DNA of 64,000 bases from a virus (taxonomy: Duplodnaviria; Heunggongvirae; Uroviricota; Caudoviricetes), in the IMG/VR virus record IMGVR_UViG_2909314774_000001. One strand, 5' to 3'. Positions 40,043 through 50,564 of the stretch are shown here, in pieces. Each line of letters begins with the position of its first letter. Position 1 is the stretch's first letter. The position numbers were made by a program, and so were the translations under genes. The notes under the pieces were generated by a model. That model did no database searches. It was not told the DNA's origin and worked only from the letters and a program-made list of their open reading frames with translations.

Positions 40043-43000
40043 ATGAAGGCACTGATGGTTCGAACTGACTTCTCACTTGGGGAGTCGGCTCTAAAAGCAG
40101 AAAACGCGGTGAAGATTGCCAGAGAAGCTGGCTACACCGCTGTAATTTCAGCAGATAGCATGAATATTGCAAGTGTTATTCCACTACAACGTGCCGCTGG
40201 TGACGACATGGCGGTTATTTGTGGTGTGAAACTAAACATTGTTGATGATCCCACATACGAGCACCGGGCTAAACTTGCTAAAGAATCTATGAGATGTATG
40301 GAATCATTAGAGCGGGGACGTAACTACTCGTTTACCGCTCTAATTAAAAATGAGCAAGGATATCGCGACATCTGCGAACTAATGACGGCGGCCAACACAC
40401 GAGAACAGTTCTACTTTGTACCGCGTCTCTCGCTCGAACAGTTGGTTTCTACATATGCCAAAGGCAACATCATCCTGCTTACTTCCGACATCGGTAGCGT
40501 GTTCCAACGCAACGATTTTGCAAAAATCATAAGCACACTGATTACAGCGGGTGGAAAAGACAACTTCTATAGTGTGGTTTATCCGCACCCTACCCCATTC
40601 TACGACCAGATTAACGTCCGGGCGATGAAAGTCGCCAGCGCATTGAAAATAGAGCCAGTGGCGTTCTATCCCGCTTATTACGAATCGATCGACGATGCAG
40701 ACATTAAAGACATTGCGCACATGGTTACGAACAACATCAAAATCGACCAGCCGCATCGTCTGCGTATCCCCCACCAGCGAGATAACGCCGTCAATGGTCG
40801 CCGCCATCTCCTTGAGGCGCTTAAAGCCTTCTCCGTTCGCATGGATGTGCCGGTAACAGCTGCAATGGCCTCAACAACGCAGGATACCATTATCGATGCC
40901 TGCACATGGCGCTGGCATGAATTGCCGCCAGCACTGCCAAAGATGGCAGACGACGAGCCTGCAACGCTTATGAAACTGGCTGTTGCAGGGCTGCGTAAAC
41001 GTCTTACCACAAAAGAGTTTGGCTACACACCACCTGCTTCTGAGAACAGGGTTTATGTTGAGCGGCTAAAGTACGAAATGGACACGCTGACTCGCCTGGG
41101 ATTTTGTGGTTACTTCCTGATGGTACGCGATCTGATGAATCATAGTCGTGAAACTGGCATTCCCGTTGGGCCTGGTCGTGGTTCCTCTGCCGGTTCTCTG
41201 GTGGCGTGGTGCATAGGCATAACCAACGTCGACCCAATCCGTCACGGTCTTCTGTTTGAGCGTTTCATCAACCCTGAGCGTCTCGACTTGCCGGATGCGG
41301 ACTTGGACTTCAGCCAGGCACGTCGCCATGAGGTGATCGAGTATCTGAATGAACGCTACGGCGAAGATTACGTTGCGGGTATTCCGAACTTCACCTACCT
41401 GGGCGCAGCCTCTGCACTACGTGATACCGCTCGTATTTATGGTGTGGAGTCCGCAGATATGGCGGTATCAAAAGAACTGAAGAACGCTGAGGATGATAGC
41501 CTTCCATTGGAAGAACTGCGCGAACAACTGGCAAGTCTCGACAAATACGCAACAAAATATCCTGATGCATTCAATGCAGCCTGCAAGTTACAAAGCCTTA
41601 TGCGTGGCTTTGGTAGACATGCGGCAGGGATGATCGTAGCAGGTGTTCCTCTGACAGAACGTACACCGGTTGAGCGCCGTGGTGACGCGCGTTGTATCGC
41701 ATTTGACAAGCGTTACTGCGAGGCTATGGGCCTAATTAAGCTGGACGTGCTTGGCCTGGCAACTCTCGATTTGCTCGATAGTGCAAAACGCTACATAAAA
41801 GAGAACACAGGTGAAGATATCAATCTTGATGCCATTTCTCTTGAAGATCGCAAGGTGCTGGATGGTTTTGCTGCTGGGTACACTCAAGGTGTTTTCCAGC
41901 TTGAATCAGGCCCAATGCGCAAGCTGCTTAAAGATTTAGGTGGTGGAATTGAGCCAATGAGCTTTAAAACGGTCGTCGCTACAACTGCGCTCTTCCGGCC
42001 GGGGCCAATTCAATCAGGCATGTTGGATGACTATGTTTCTGTCGCCAAAGGCTTTATGACGCCGGAATCATTACACCCCGTTCTTGATGAACTTACCGCG
42101 GAAACAAATGGCGTGATTCTCTATCAGGAACAGACGATGAACGCGACTCGATTGCTTGCCGGCTTCACAATGGCTGAAGCTGACGCTGTGCGTTCCGCAA
42201 TCGGTAAGAAGAACATGGAAAAAATGAAGAGCATGGGCGAGAAGTTCATCGTTCAGGCTCAAGCTGGCTGGATAGACGTTGAGCTGGAAGATGGCACTAC
42301 ACAGCGCATTCACCGTGCGGAACATTTTAAATGCGAAGACGGAACTCTGAAAACTGTCGAAGAGGCACTTGAGCACGGCGCAAAACTACCTATAAACGCA
42401 GTACGCGTTACAGCGTCACATCCAGGGCTATCAGAGATGAAAGCGAAGGAGATCTGGACCGCATTTGAGAAAAACGGAGCCTATCAGTTCAATAAATCAC
42501 ACTCCGTTGCTTATTCTTTAATCAGTTATCAGTCTATGTGGCTAAAGACGCACTACCCTGCTGAGTTCTTCGCAGCTGCGCTCACCATTCTGGGCGAGGA
42601 TAAGCATCAGGGGCTGGTGAAGGATGCGCTGACCTATGGCATTCGCGTATTGCCACCAGACGTTAATGTGTCATCTAACCGAATTGAGATCCGCACACTC
42701 GAAGACGGCAGTCAGGCACTGTATGCGCCATTCTCTGCTGTGAAAGGCTGTTCTGAAAATGGTTGTCAGGCAATTATGCGTGCGCGTGAGAAAGTTGGTG
42801 GCAAATTCGAGTCAGTGGCACAATTCGATGAAGCGGTCGAGAAGCGTGCATGTAACAGTCGTGTACGCGAGTCGCTTCATAAAGTAGGGGCTTTTGCGTC
42901 AATTGAGCCAGGCAGTCTTCCAGCAACTGATCCTGAACGACTGCGCGACCAGGCTGAGCTGATGGGCAATCTCATCATTGACGCTGTTAAAGCATCACGT

Positions 43001-43561
43001 CCGTTCGAAATGAATCCTAAGCGTTCTGCCGAAATCAACGTACTCATGACACGTATGGCGGCTGAAATGGGCTTGGGTGAGGAGTTGATACGCCCGACTA
43101 TTGGTATTAAACCCAAAATCATGATCATTCTGGACAATGCGAACGGCAATGACGCTCGTACCGGCTACTTCATGGAGAACGGATACGACGACTTTAAGGC
43201 AAAACTACTGACAGTTGGAGATCTGCGCATGGGCGATCTTTATGTCACGGGTGTTTGTAAGAAGGTTAAGGACAAAGAGAAAGACTATACCAAAGACGAG
43301 ATAGGCCAGTTCACAGACTTTATGCGGGAAGAAATTAATCTTGTACGACCAACCTACATTTTGACGTGTGGTAGTCGTTCAACCGCACTATTTAACAATA
43401 AGAGTAAACCATCAGATCTGATTGGTCGTAAGGAGTACTTCCCAGAGCTTGATGCAACCGTCTTCTACGGATTTAACCCGAATATCCTGTACTTCCGACC
43501 GGAAGAAGGAGAGCGACTGGAGGCCATTCTGGCTGATATCGCGGAGACAATAAATAAGTAA
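40043..43561 (+). CDS. dnaE: DNA polymerase III alpha subunit homologue (DnaE-type, PHP domain)
   Basis: 1172 aa; hallmark Pol III alpha segment GFCGYFLMVRDLMNHSRETGIPVGPGRGSSAGSLVAWCIGITNVDPIRHGLLFERFINPER and downstream catalytic Asp region LPDADLDF; followed by intrinsic terminator 43566-43592 (AAACCCGCC-TGTT-GGCGGGTTT). Confidence 0.85.
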   Translation: MKALMVRTDFSLGESALKAENAVKIAREAGYTAVISADSMNIASVIPLQRAAGDDMAVICGVKLNIVDDPTYEHRAKLAKESMRCMESLERGRNYSFTALIKNEQGYRDICELMTAANTREQFYFVPRLSLEQLVSTYAKGNIILLTSDIGSVFQRNDFAKIISTLITAGGKDNFYSVVYPHPTPFYDQINVRAMKVASALKIEPVAFYPAYYESIDDADIKDIAHMVTNNIKIDQPHRLRIPHQRDNAVNGRRHLLEALKAFSVRMDVPVTAAMASTTQDTIIDACTWRWHELPPALPKMADDEPATLMKLAVAGLRKRLTTKEFGYTPPASENRVYVERLKYEMDTLTRLGFCGYFLMVRDLMNHSRETGIPVGPGRGSSAGSLVAWCIGITNVDPIRHGLLFERFINPERLDLPDADLDFSQARRHEVIEYLNERYGEDYVAGIPNFTYLGAASALRDTARIYGVESADMAVSKELKNAEDDSLPLEELREQLASLDKYATKYPDAFNAACKLQSLMRGFGRHAAGMIVAGVPLTERTPVERRGDARCIAFDKRYCEAMGLIKLDVLGLATLDLLDSAKRYIKENTGEDINLDAISLEDRKVLDGFAAGYTQGVFQLESGPMRKLLKDLGGGIEPMSFKTVVATTALFRPGPIQSGMLDDYVSVAKGFMTPESLHPVLDELTAETNGVILYQEQTMNATRLLAGFTMAEADAVRSAIGKKNMEKMKSMGEKFIVQAQAGWIDVELEDGTTQRIHRAEHFKCEDGTLKTVEEALEHGAKLPINAVRVTASHPGLSEMKAKEIWTAFEKNGAYQFNKSHSVAYSLISYQSMWLKTHYPAEFFAAALTILGEDKHQGLVKDALTYGIRVLPPDVNVSSNRIEIRTLEDGSQALYAPFSAVKGCSENGCQAIMRAREKVGGKFESVAQFDEAVEKRACNSRVRESLHKVGAFASIEPGSLPATDPERLRDQAELMGNLIIDAVKASRPFEMNPKRSAEINVLMTRMAAEMGLGEELIRPTIGIKPKIMIILDNANGNDARTGYFMENGYDDFKAKLLTVGDLRMGDLYVTGVCKKVKDKEKDYTKDEIGQFTDFMREEINLVRPTYILTCGSRSTALFNNKSKPSDLIGRKEYFPELDATVFYGFNPNILYFRPEEGERLEAILADIAETINK

Positions 43562-43864
43562 TAAAGAAAACCCGCCTGTTGGCGGGTTTATAAAGAATTA
43601 TGGCGCTTGTTGAGGAAGTCACTCCTCTTACGCACTTTGTTTTGCCATGCCGGCAGTTAGCTTCTGCCTTTGACTATTCATGCGGCAACCCCGCATTTCG
43701 CCACAATGGGCAATTCACTTTTATGGAATAAACTGGCCGTTGTGTCGATTTAATTAGCATGGCCTTACCATGCTAATTTATTCAACTTGTACAATCCTGC
43801 AAATCTATCCACTCAGGCTTACACCGTCTTCGTTATTGTAGAAATGAGGATCATCAGCGTTGAA

Positions 43865-44080
43865 TCAGCTTAGAGCAATGACATTTGCTGCTGCTGGGCC
43901 TTTAGCCCCATTCTCGATAGAGAATTCGACCTGCTGGCCTTCTTCCAAAGTGCGGAAATTATTACTCTGAATTGCCGAAAAATGTACAAAAACATCTTTA
44001 CTGCCATCAGCAGGAGAAATAAAGCCAAAGCCTTTATCAGAGTTAAACCATTTTACTAAACCAGTCATTTTATTAGACAT
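43865..44080 (-). CDS. cold-shock protein (CspA family)
   Basis: [38 protein letters not shown]: RNP1/RNP2 motifs of CspA-type OB-fold proteins; start placed at the internal ATG (70 aa). Confidence 0.85.
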   Translation of the reverse strand: MSNKMTGLVKWFNSDKGFGFISPADGSKDVFVHFSAIQSNNFRTLEEGQQVEFSIENGAKGPAAANVIALS

Positions 44081-44409
44081 AGATATTACCTTCTTAATTT
44101 TGTGAGCCACATAGTGCGGCGAGAATTTGATCTGTATAGATTGGGACTTACTTAGGCACTTAAGGAGGAGACTCACGAAGAAGGGAAATCAGAAGATAAC
44201 ACTGAACTGAGACTGCTTTACTAAAACTGCTTACATAAGGTCTGTCTTGCAAACCAACGATGCTATTAACGCATACCCCTTCTTTTCATGCAACCTTTAT
44301 TTTTCAAAGATAACTAATTTTTGTCACCATTGGTTTAGTAAACGTTAACGAACCAGACGATGCCAGACACCTTTACAGAGAACAGATGCCCGCCAATTGG
44401 CGGGCATCA

Positions 44410-44973
44410 TTATGCGCATTTCGCAATATCTTTGCGGCGTTTAATCAGTTTCTCCGCAATTTGCTCTATTTCGTTGAAATCTTTCGAGACGCTGTTTCGA
44501 AGCGCCAGATTCCATTTACTCAAAGTTCGGGCATTTTGGACAATTTGATCGCCCTCTTTAAGTCGTCCGTTATTCATGAGCCATTCAGCCACATCAGCCC
44601 AATCCCAGAGAGGAGACTGGCCTTTTATGCGTTGTACAGGGCAAGGGAAGTCGCCGCTTCCGCGCTTACCGTCTTTGAGCAACGCCACTGCCTGGCGAGA
44701 CAGGTCTGTCAGTTCCGCGATATCGCTTAAGCCCACAAGAGCCGAGTCGACGGATTCAACAATTGCACCGATACCGGCTGATTCAATATTGTCGACCGCA
44801 GATGCGATAGCTGCATCAAGTGATTGTGCTTCGCGGTCAAATTCTACATAGACGGAGTTTCCATATGCGCAAATTAGCGCATCGTCACAGCCGTTTTGGT
44901 ACAGCGCGTCTTCCAGTCCTTCCGTCTCATACGATACGCCTGAGAGCGTCAGAGTGAAGTTATAAAGCGCCAT
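44410..44973 (-). CDS. DNA-binding protein with AlpA/MerR-like HTH (second gene of a two-gene operon)
   Basis: 187 aa from MALYNF (start context CAAAGGAAAACTATG); central segment LSRQAVALLKDGKRGSGDFPCPVQRIKGQSPLWDWADVAEWL resembles AlpA-type excisionase/regulator HTH domains. Confidence 0.45.
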   Translation of the reverse strand: MALYNFTLTLSGVSYETEGLEDALYQNGCDDALICAYGNSVYVEFDREAQSLDAAIASAVDNIESAGIGAIVESVDSALVGLSDIAELTDLSRQAVALLKDGKRGSGDFPCPVQRIKGQSPLWDWADVAEWLMNNGRLKEGDQIVQNARTLSKWNLALRNSVSKDFNEIEQIAEKLIKRRKDIAKCA

Positions 44974-45033
44974 AGTTTTCCTTTGAAGATAGTTGGACAG
45001 TTTCTGCAAAAGGCGGCTAATGCCGCCTTGAAA

Positions 45034-45258
45034 TCATTTACAACGATCAACCATTCGTTTGATCTGTTTGGCATGGTTTTCGGGATTACCCGGAGTCGAC
45101 CATACGCTCATTTGGTGAGTTTTGTGTTCACCTTCTGGATTACCGCATCGCAGTCTGCAAAAACAATGTGCAGCACCACCAGCTGCTACCCAGATCCAGC
45201 CTTTACTTAATGCATAGTCAATGGCTGCTTGAATATGCTTATTCGGATGTTGCTTCAT
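45034..45258 (-). CDS. small Cys/His-rich protein (first gene of the operon)
   Basis: 74 aa with GGAGG RBS; HCFCRLRC and H..H cluster suggests metal binding; no family recognised. Confidence 0.4.
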   Translation of the reverse strand: MKQHPNKHIQAAIDYALSKGWIWVAAGGAAHCFCRLRCGNPEGEHKTHQMSVWSTPGNPENHAKQIKRMVDRCK

Positions 45259-45275
45259 TCGCCTCCGATAATAGT

Positions 45276-45304
45276 ATTCTATTCACAGTGTTGACATCTG
45301 TCAA
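45276..45304 (-). promoter_or_regulatory. sigma70-type promoter with overlapping palindromic operator
   Basis: On the minus strand: TTGACA - 17 nt - TAGAAT, about 20 nt upstream of the ATG at 45258; the -35 lies inside the perfect inverted repeat GTTGACATCTGTCAAC (45290-45305). Confidence 0.65.
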
Positions 45305-45512
45305 CGGCGACTGAATTTCATCCGTTCATGCCACACCCCCATCCATCTCATGTATGTGACCTAAAGATGGTCAGCACAGCTTACCAAAATAAGACAACTA
45401 ATTATCTTCGGTGATCTCAATATTTTCCCCTGAACAAAGTTGACATGACGCCATAAACCCGTTCTCTGTTTGATATAATTGATACAGATTTTATAAGTAG
45501 GAACCTATTAGA

Positions 45513-45944
45513 GTGAACACTGATATTTTTTCTAAAATCATGGCCGATCTGGAGTTCGACCGCGACAACCTTGAGGAAGTATGGCGTAAACAGCCACGGC
45601 TTTTAATGGAGTATGGGTCAAAACTAGCGCAGGCAGATCGAGATGTCGCAGAGGCAAAACTTAACCTTGAAGCTGTTGAAGCAAAGCTATACGACACAGA
45701 GCGTAAGAACTTGAGTATGAACGGCATTAAGTTCAACGAGTCTGTACTGGACGCTAAGGTTAAAACAAACCCACAGTATCTGTCTAAACGGCAGAAGTTG
45801 GATGAAGCACGGCACATCGCAGACATATACAAACATGCTGTCGCCGCCTTTTCGCATCGCCGAGACATGATCGTTCAGGCGTCAAAGATGGCCATCGTTG
45901 AATTAGAGCGATTAGGCTCTGAACGCTTTATTACTCCCCGTTGA
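45513..45944 (+). CDS. hypothetical protein
   Basis: 143-aa ORF (GTG start), coiled-coil-like composition; no motif recognised. Confidence 0.35.
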   Translation: MNTDIFSKIMADLEFDRDNLEEVWRKQPRLLMEYGSKLAQADRDVAEAKLNLEAVEAKLYDTERKNLSMNGIKFNESVLDAKVKTNPQYLSKRQKLDEARHIADIYKHAVAAFSHRRDMIVQASKMAIVELERLGSERFITPR

Positions 45945-46061
45945 TTTTTGATAGATAATAAGTAAGTACTGATCTATCATTTAACAGCTCGAAAGAGCCA
46001 CGAATGAACGAAAGCCCAACGCGCATAGCGCCATCGGCCAAATCACAACAAGGAGAAACAC

Positions 46062-47090
46062 ATGTCTAAGACATTACTTGATTTGCTTAACAAAACTCGT
46101 GAAGACATTGCCGCCAAACGTGGCAACAACGTTGATCTGACTCGCTTAAAAGACGGCGTCAACTATATCCGCATCTTCCCGAATAAAGACGACCCAAACG
46201 GTAAGTTCTTCCAGACTTTCGGTATGCACTACGTTAAGTATCAGAACGAGGAAGGTAAAGAAGCAACCAACGCTTATATTTGTGAGCAACATACTCACGG
46301 TCGCGCTTGTCAGCTATGCGAAATGGTTATGGAAGGTCGCGCTCGTCACAAGGGTAACAAAGCAATGGAAGAACGCATCGGTCAAATGCGTGCCACTCCT
46401 CGCTACCTGGTCAACGGCATTCTTTCTGCTCGTGAGGATTTCGCAGATGCTGAGAAATGCCAGTTAATCGAGCTGCCGTCTACTGTATTCGATGATATCT
46501 GCAAAGCAATCACCGAAGACATCGCTGATGATATCGGCAATCCACTGAGCAAAGAGGAAGGCTACGCATTCCTGATTAAACGTACTGGCTCTGGTCGCGA
46601 TACCAAATATGACGTCTCGCCTAAGCGTAAAGTCTACAAAGGCGATATCGAAGATAAATTCTGGAACACCCAGCATGATCTGATCGCATACGCAAATCAG
46701 GCTGATGAAACTCGTCTTCTGTCGACAGTTCGCACTATGGGTCGTCTGATTGGCATCGCTGCACCAACTGCCGCAGCATCTGCACCAGCAATTTCCTCAA
46801 CCGCGAAAACATCGGCTGCGGCACTACCTGGATTTGGCTCTGTCACTGGTCATACGGAGGGTGCGACTGCTGTAGCAACCGCTCACACCCCAGCTTCTGA
46901 ACCAACCAGTCTGGTTGATGAAGAAATCCTCCGTGCCGTTGAAACTGAATTTAAACCAGAAGCAAGTTCCGCTGCCGTTGCCGTATCAGTCAAAGAGTCT
47001 GAAGCAGTCGCAGCGACATCTGTAGCAGCCGCATCTGCGACGGAAGACGAAGGTCTGGATGACCTACTGAGAGAGCTGGACTCTCTGTAA
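46062..47090 (+). CDS. single-stranded DNA-binding protein (T4 gp32-like)
   Basis: gp32-like segments (IRIFPNKDDPNGKFF; zinc-binding H/C cluster CEQHTHGRACQLCE) and acidic C-terminal tail (EDEGLDDLLRELDSL); followed by intrinsic terminator 47108-47135. Confidence 0.6.
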   Translation: MSKTLLDLLNKTREDIAAKRGNNVDLTRLKDGVNYIRIFPNKDDPNGKFFQTFGMHYVKYQNEEGKEATNAYICEQHTHGRACQLCEMVMEGRARHKGNKAMEERIGQMRATPRYLVNGILSAREDFADAEKCQLIELPSTVFDDICKAITEDIADDIGNPLSKEEGYAFLIKRTGSGRDTKYDVSPKRKVYKGDIEDKFWNTQHDLIAYANQADETRLLSTVRTMGRLIGIAAPTAAASAPAISSTAKTSAAALPGFGSVTGHTEGATAVATAHTPASEPTSLVDEEILRAVETEFKPEASSAAVAVSVKESEAVAATSVAAASATEDEGLDDLLRELDSL

Positions 47091-47150
47091 TCCCATTACG
47101 TGACCAGTAAGGCGTCTACGGACGCCTTACTTTTTGGAAGGAATGTACCG

Positions 47151-48095
47151 GTGAATTATCTCTTCGTAGATGGCAATAGCCTGGGTTATTACCACCAACA
47201 ATCTGACAAATTGCACAACGGCGAAATGGAAGTACAGGCTGCTTTCGGCTTTGTTAAGAACGTCCGTCGTTATGCCTCCATCCTCCATGCCCGACCTATG
47301 ATTCTTTGGGATGGATTTAGTGACAAGCGTCGCGACTTTTACCCGGACTACAAAGCAAATCGCGACGACGATCCTGATATGAAAAAGATGAAGGAAGGCT
47401 TTGCTATCCAGAAGCCATACATCCTCAAAATGATGACCGCGCTTGGAGTTACCCAACTCATTGCAAAAGATGCAGAAGCGGATGATCTGGCCGGGCTGCT
47501 GGTATCCCGCATGGCACCGCAGCCAACCGTTGAACACATCTATCTGTTAACAGGCGATAGCGACTGGCTTCAGTTAGTTCGTGAAAACGTAAGCTGGGTA
47601 AGCCTGCGTGAAGACGCCAAAAACAAGCAGGTTAATTTTGAGCAATTTGCGGAGCTGACAGGATTCGCCACGCCTCGCGCATTTTTGGAAGCAAAAGCAT
47701 TACAAGGCGATAACTCGGACAACATTAGCGGTGTTGGTGGCATTGGTGCTGGCGGTGCGAAAGAGCTGCTGCATGAATGGGGAAGTGTCGCAACGATGGT
47801 ACGCGGCATCAACGACGGCTCAATCGTGGTTAATAAAGGGCGTCATAAGACCGCCTTCAACAAACTAGCGAAGAATGCCTTCAACGAGAAAACAGGCTGT
47901 CGAATGCTCGAAGCGTTCAAGAGAAACATCACGCTAATGAACCTGATTGAGACGAAGTTTCCGCCTACCGAAATCGAAACAATCAAAGGCAATCGTGACG
48001 TGAAAGCATTCGAGCAACTGTGCTACGAGCTGAATTTCCGTTCGTTCCTTGAAGACCTTGAAGTGTTTGTTCTTCCATTCGAAAGGTATTGCTAA
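47151..48095 (+). CDS. 5'-3' exonuclease / flap endonuclease (FEN family)
   Basis: N-terminal LFVDGNSLGYY (PIN-like nuclease motif), acidic catalytic residues and Gly-rich H3TH-like region GVGGIGAGGAKELL; GTG start after terminator, GGAAGG RBS. Confidence 0.75.
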   Translation: MNYLFVDGNSLGYYHQQSDKLHNGEMEVQAAFGFVKNVRRYASILHARPMILWDGFSDKRRDFYPDYKANRDDDPDMKKMKEGFAIQKPYILKMMTALGVTQLIAKDAEADDLAGLLVSRMAPQPTVEHIYLLTGDSDWLQLVRENVSWVSLREDAKNKQVNFEQFAELTGFATPRAFLEAKALQGDNSDNISGVGGIGAGGAKELLHEWGSVATMVRGINDGSIVVNKGRHKTAFNKLAKNAFNEKTGCRMLEAFKRNITLMNLIETKFPPTEIETIKGNRDVKAFEQLCYELNFRSFLEDLEVFVLPFERYC

Positions 48096-48363
48096 TGCTT
48101 AAATCGATTATCAATGGCGCTACAACCACCCCTGCCCAACTGGCAAAAGAGATTGTCTTTTATCACGGTGAGTACGCTGTCATCGCACTGCCGTCAATTC
48201 TAGGCGCTGCCGGAATGAAAGCGACAGATCGCGAGTTTGGATTAGTCAGCGAGCAGGTCGTAAAAATCCTCGCTCGTGTATCCAGACTCCTTAACCACGA
48301 TGCGATTGTATTCGATGAATCCGCCGCTTTAAAACGAATCAACGAAACAAAAGGAGCCTGATC

Positions 48364-49437
48364 ATGGCAAAAGGAAAATCCGCACTGGCACTTGCTCTGA
48401 AAAAGAAAATCGGTAGCAACGACGAAATTCAGAAAGTAACTCATTGGATTGATACAGGCTTTCCACCGTTAAACAAAGCTATTTCTGGTCGTTACGATGG
48501 CGGCTTCCCATGTGGTCGTATCGTCGAAGTATTCGGTCCTCCAAGTGCAGGGAAAACGTTCCTTGCAACAGCAGCGATGATCTCCGCTCAAAAACAAGAT
48601 GGTCTGGCGGTATTCCTCGATCATGAAAACAGTTTTGACGTTGGCCTGGCTGTAGCCAATGGCCTGAACGCAGATGAGGATGACGGTCAGTGGGTATACA
48701 AGCAGCCAGATACCTTCGAAGACTCTGTAGAGTTGATCGGCACAATACTTAAATTGGTTCGTGATGAAGAGCTTATCCCCGAATCAGCACCTATCTGTAT
48801 CGTGGCTGACTCTCTTGCGTCTATGGTTCCGAACTCCAAAGCCGAGAAGTTCGAAAAGATGGCTGAAGGCACTGCCAAAGACAAAGATCAGCTAAACATG
48901 AACGACAATACGGCACTGGCTCGTGCGACGAGTGCGAACTTCCCTACTCTGGCTTTGTGGGCACGCAAATACAACGCCTGCATCATCTTCTTGAATCAGG
49001 TTCGCACAAAAATCGGTGTAATGTTTGGCGACCCTACTACGTCGCCAGGTGGAGATTCACCGAAGTTCTACGCTTCTGTACGTATCCGTCTTGGTGCATC
49101 GGTGATGAAGGATGGTAAAGAGAAGATCGGCCAGGACGTAGGCGCAGAATGCATCAAAAACAAAGTTGCACCACCGTATGGCAAATGCACCTGGAAATTC
49201 TACTTCGATCCTACTCGTGGCCTCGACGTTATCGAATCGCTCGTCGAGTACATGCTGGAAGAAGGATACCTGCCAAAGAACGCCAGCGGGCGAGTTGAAA
49301 TTGGTGACAAGAAATACACCAAATCGCAGATCGTTGAGATGTATCGGGAGAAGCCACTGGCTGAAATCATTGCGGCTTTGCAGGCAATCGACGACCGAAG
49401 AGCAAAAGACAACCCCACCGAGTCAGTAGAAGAGTAA
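48364..49437 (+). CDS. RecA/UvsX-like recombinase
   Basis: Walker A GPPSAGKT and RecA-fold core (VFLDHENSFD, IIFLNQVR); 357 aa; followed by intrinsic terminator 49441-49468. Confidence 0.7.
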   Translation: MAKGKSALALALKKKIGSNDEIQKVTHWIDTGFPPLNKAISGRYDGGFPCGRIVEVFGPPSAGKTFLATAAMISAQKQDGLAVFLDHENSFDVGLAVANGLNADEDDGQWVYKQPDTFEDSVELIGTILKLVRDEELIPESAPICIVADSLASMVPNSKAEKFEKMAEGTAKDKDQLNMNDNTALARATSANFPTLALWARKYNACIIFLNQVRTKIGVMFGDPTTSPGGDSPKFYASVRIRLGASVMKDGKEKIGQDVGAECIKNKVAPPYGKCTWKFYFDPTRGLDVIESLVEYMLEEGYLPKNASGRVEIGDKKYTKSQIVEMYREKPLAEIIAALQAIDDRRAKDNPTESVEE

Positions 49438-49529
49438 ACACAAGGCGTCCACAGGACGCCTTGTTTATCTCTTGAAAATATATAAGTACTTACTTATTAT
49501 TTTCGCATAACAACCACATAGGAAAACAC

Positions 49530-49730
49530 ATGATCAAAATCTATCTATTGGCAGTAGCCACAGGCCTTTCAGTGGCTCTCATCTACGGTTTACTGGTTCC
49601 GTCGCTGATTTCTACCAAGAGTGATTTAGCCGTCATGTTTGGAGTTATCGTTGGTTTTGGTGCTCCTGTAATCGGTCTTATTGCTGGTCGTAAGTTTATC
49701 AACTCATTAATCAAAGCAAAGGGGAAATAA
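49530..49730 (+). CDS. small two-helix membrane protein
   Basis: 66 aa, two hydrophobic helices; ends 4 nt before the SPFH lipoprotein gene. Confidence 0.4.
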   Translation: MIKIYLLAVATGLSVALIYGLLVPSLISTKSDLAVMFGVIVGFGAPVIGLIAGRKFINSLIKAKGK

Positions 49731-49733
49731 GTA

Positions 49734-50564
49734 ATGAAGAAAGGTTTACTTGCAGTTGCTCTGGCGGCTATTTGCACAATGGGTCTTACTGGCTGCGATC
49801 GCGTGGAGCCTGGATACGTTGGCATCAAAGTAAACAAATTAGGTGAAGACAAAGGGATTGGTGAAGTGGTTGGCGTTGGTCGCCAATGGACAGGTCTTAA
49901 CACCGAACTTTACGTATTCCCGACCTTCAAACAAATGAAGACCTACGACGAGCCGTTCACATTCCAGATGAGTGACGGTACTGCTATTGGTCACAAAATT
50001 GGCGTTGCGTATCTGGTTAATCGTGACAAGGTAACGACGGTGTTCCAGACCTATCGCAAAGGCGTAGACGATATCACCGAATCAGATCTGCGTCAGAAAA
50101 TTGCCGACTCTCTAAACCGTTTGGCCAGCCGTATGACCACTGACTCATTTATCGACGGTGGTAAGGCACAATTGCTGGACAACGCACTGAAAGATATTCA
50201 GAAAGAGATGTCTCCGGTTGGTATTGAGGTACTGAGCCTGTCATGGGTTGGAAAGCCTGATTACCCAAAAACTGTCATTGAATCTATTAACGCCAAAGTA
50301 ACGGCTAACCAGCGTACTCTGCAACGTCAGCAGGAAGTTGAACAACGTAAAGCTGAGGCGAATATGCTACGTGAACAGGCTAATGGTGAAGCTGATGCTA
50401 TCCGTGCTCGTGCGCAAGCAGAAGCAGACGCCATTCGTCTACGCGGTGAAGCTCTGCGTCAAAACCCGAACGTTATGGAACTGGAAGCCATCAATAAATG
50501 GAATGGCCAGTTACCGCAGTACATGACTCAAGGGGCTAACACTCCTTTCATTACAGTGAAATAA
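49734..50564 (+). CDS. SPFH/band-7 domain lipoprotein (prohibitin/HflC-like)
   Basis: Signal peptide with lipobox LTG-C; SPFH-like core and C-terminal Ala/Glu/Arg-rich coiled coil (EADAIRARAQAEADAIRLRGEALRQ); followed by terminator 50581-50607. Confidence 0.6.
   Translation: MKKGLLAVALAAICTMGLTGCDRVEPGYVGIKVNKLGEDKGIGEVVGVGRQWTGLNTELYVFPTFKQMKTYDEPFTFQMSDGTAIGHKIGVAYLVNRDKVTTVFQTYRKGVDDITESDLRQKIADSLNRLASRMTTDSFIDGGKAQLLDNALKDIQKEMSPVGIEVLSLSWVGKPDYPKTVIESINAKVTANQRTLQRQQEVEQRKAEANMLREQANGEADAIRARAQAEADAIRLRGEALRQNPNVMELEAINKWNGQLPQYMTQGANTPFITVK

Noticed and set aside
39865-40068. 67-aa Cys-containing ORF between the CobS-like gene and dnaE
   Set aside because: Overlaps the dnaE start, which has the conserved start context at 40043; no RBS of its own identified. 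Possibly real but unsupported.
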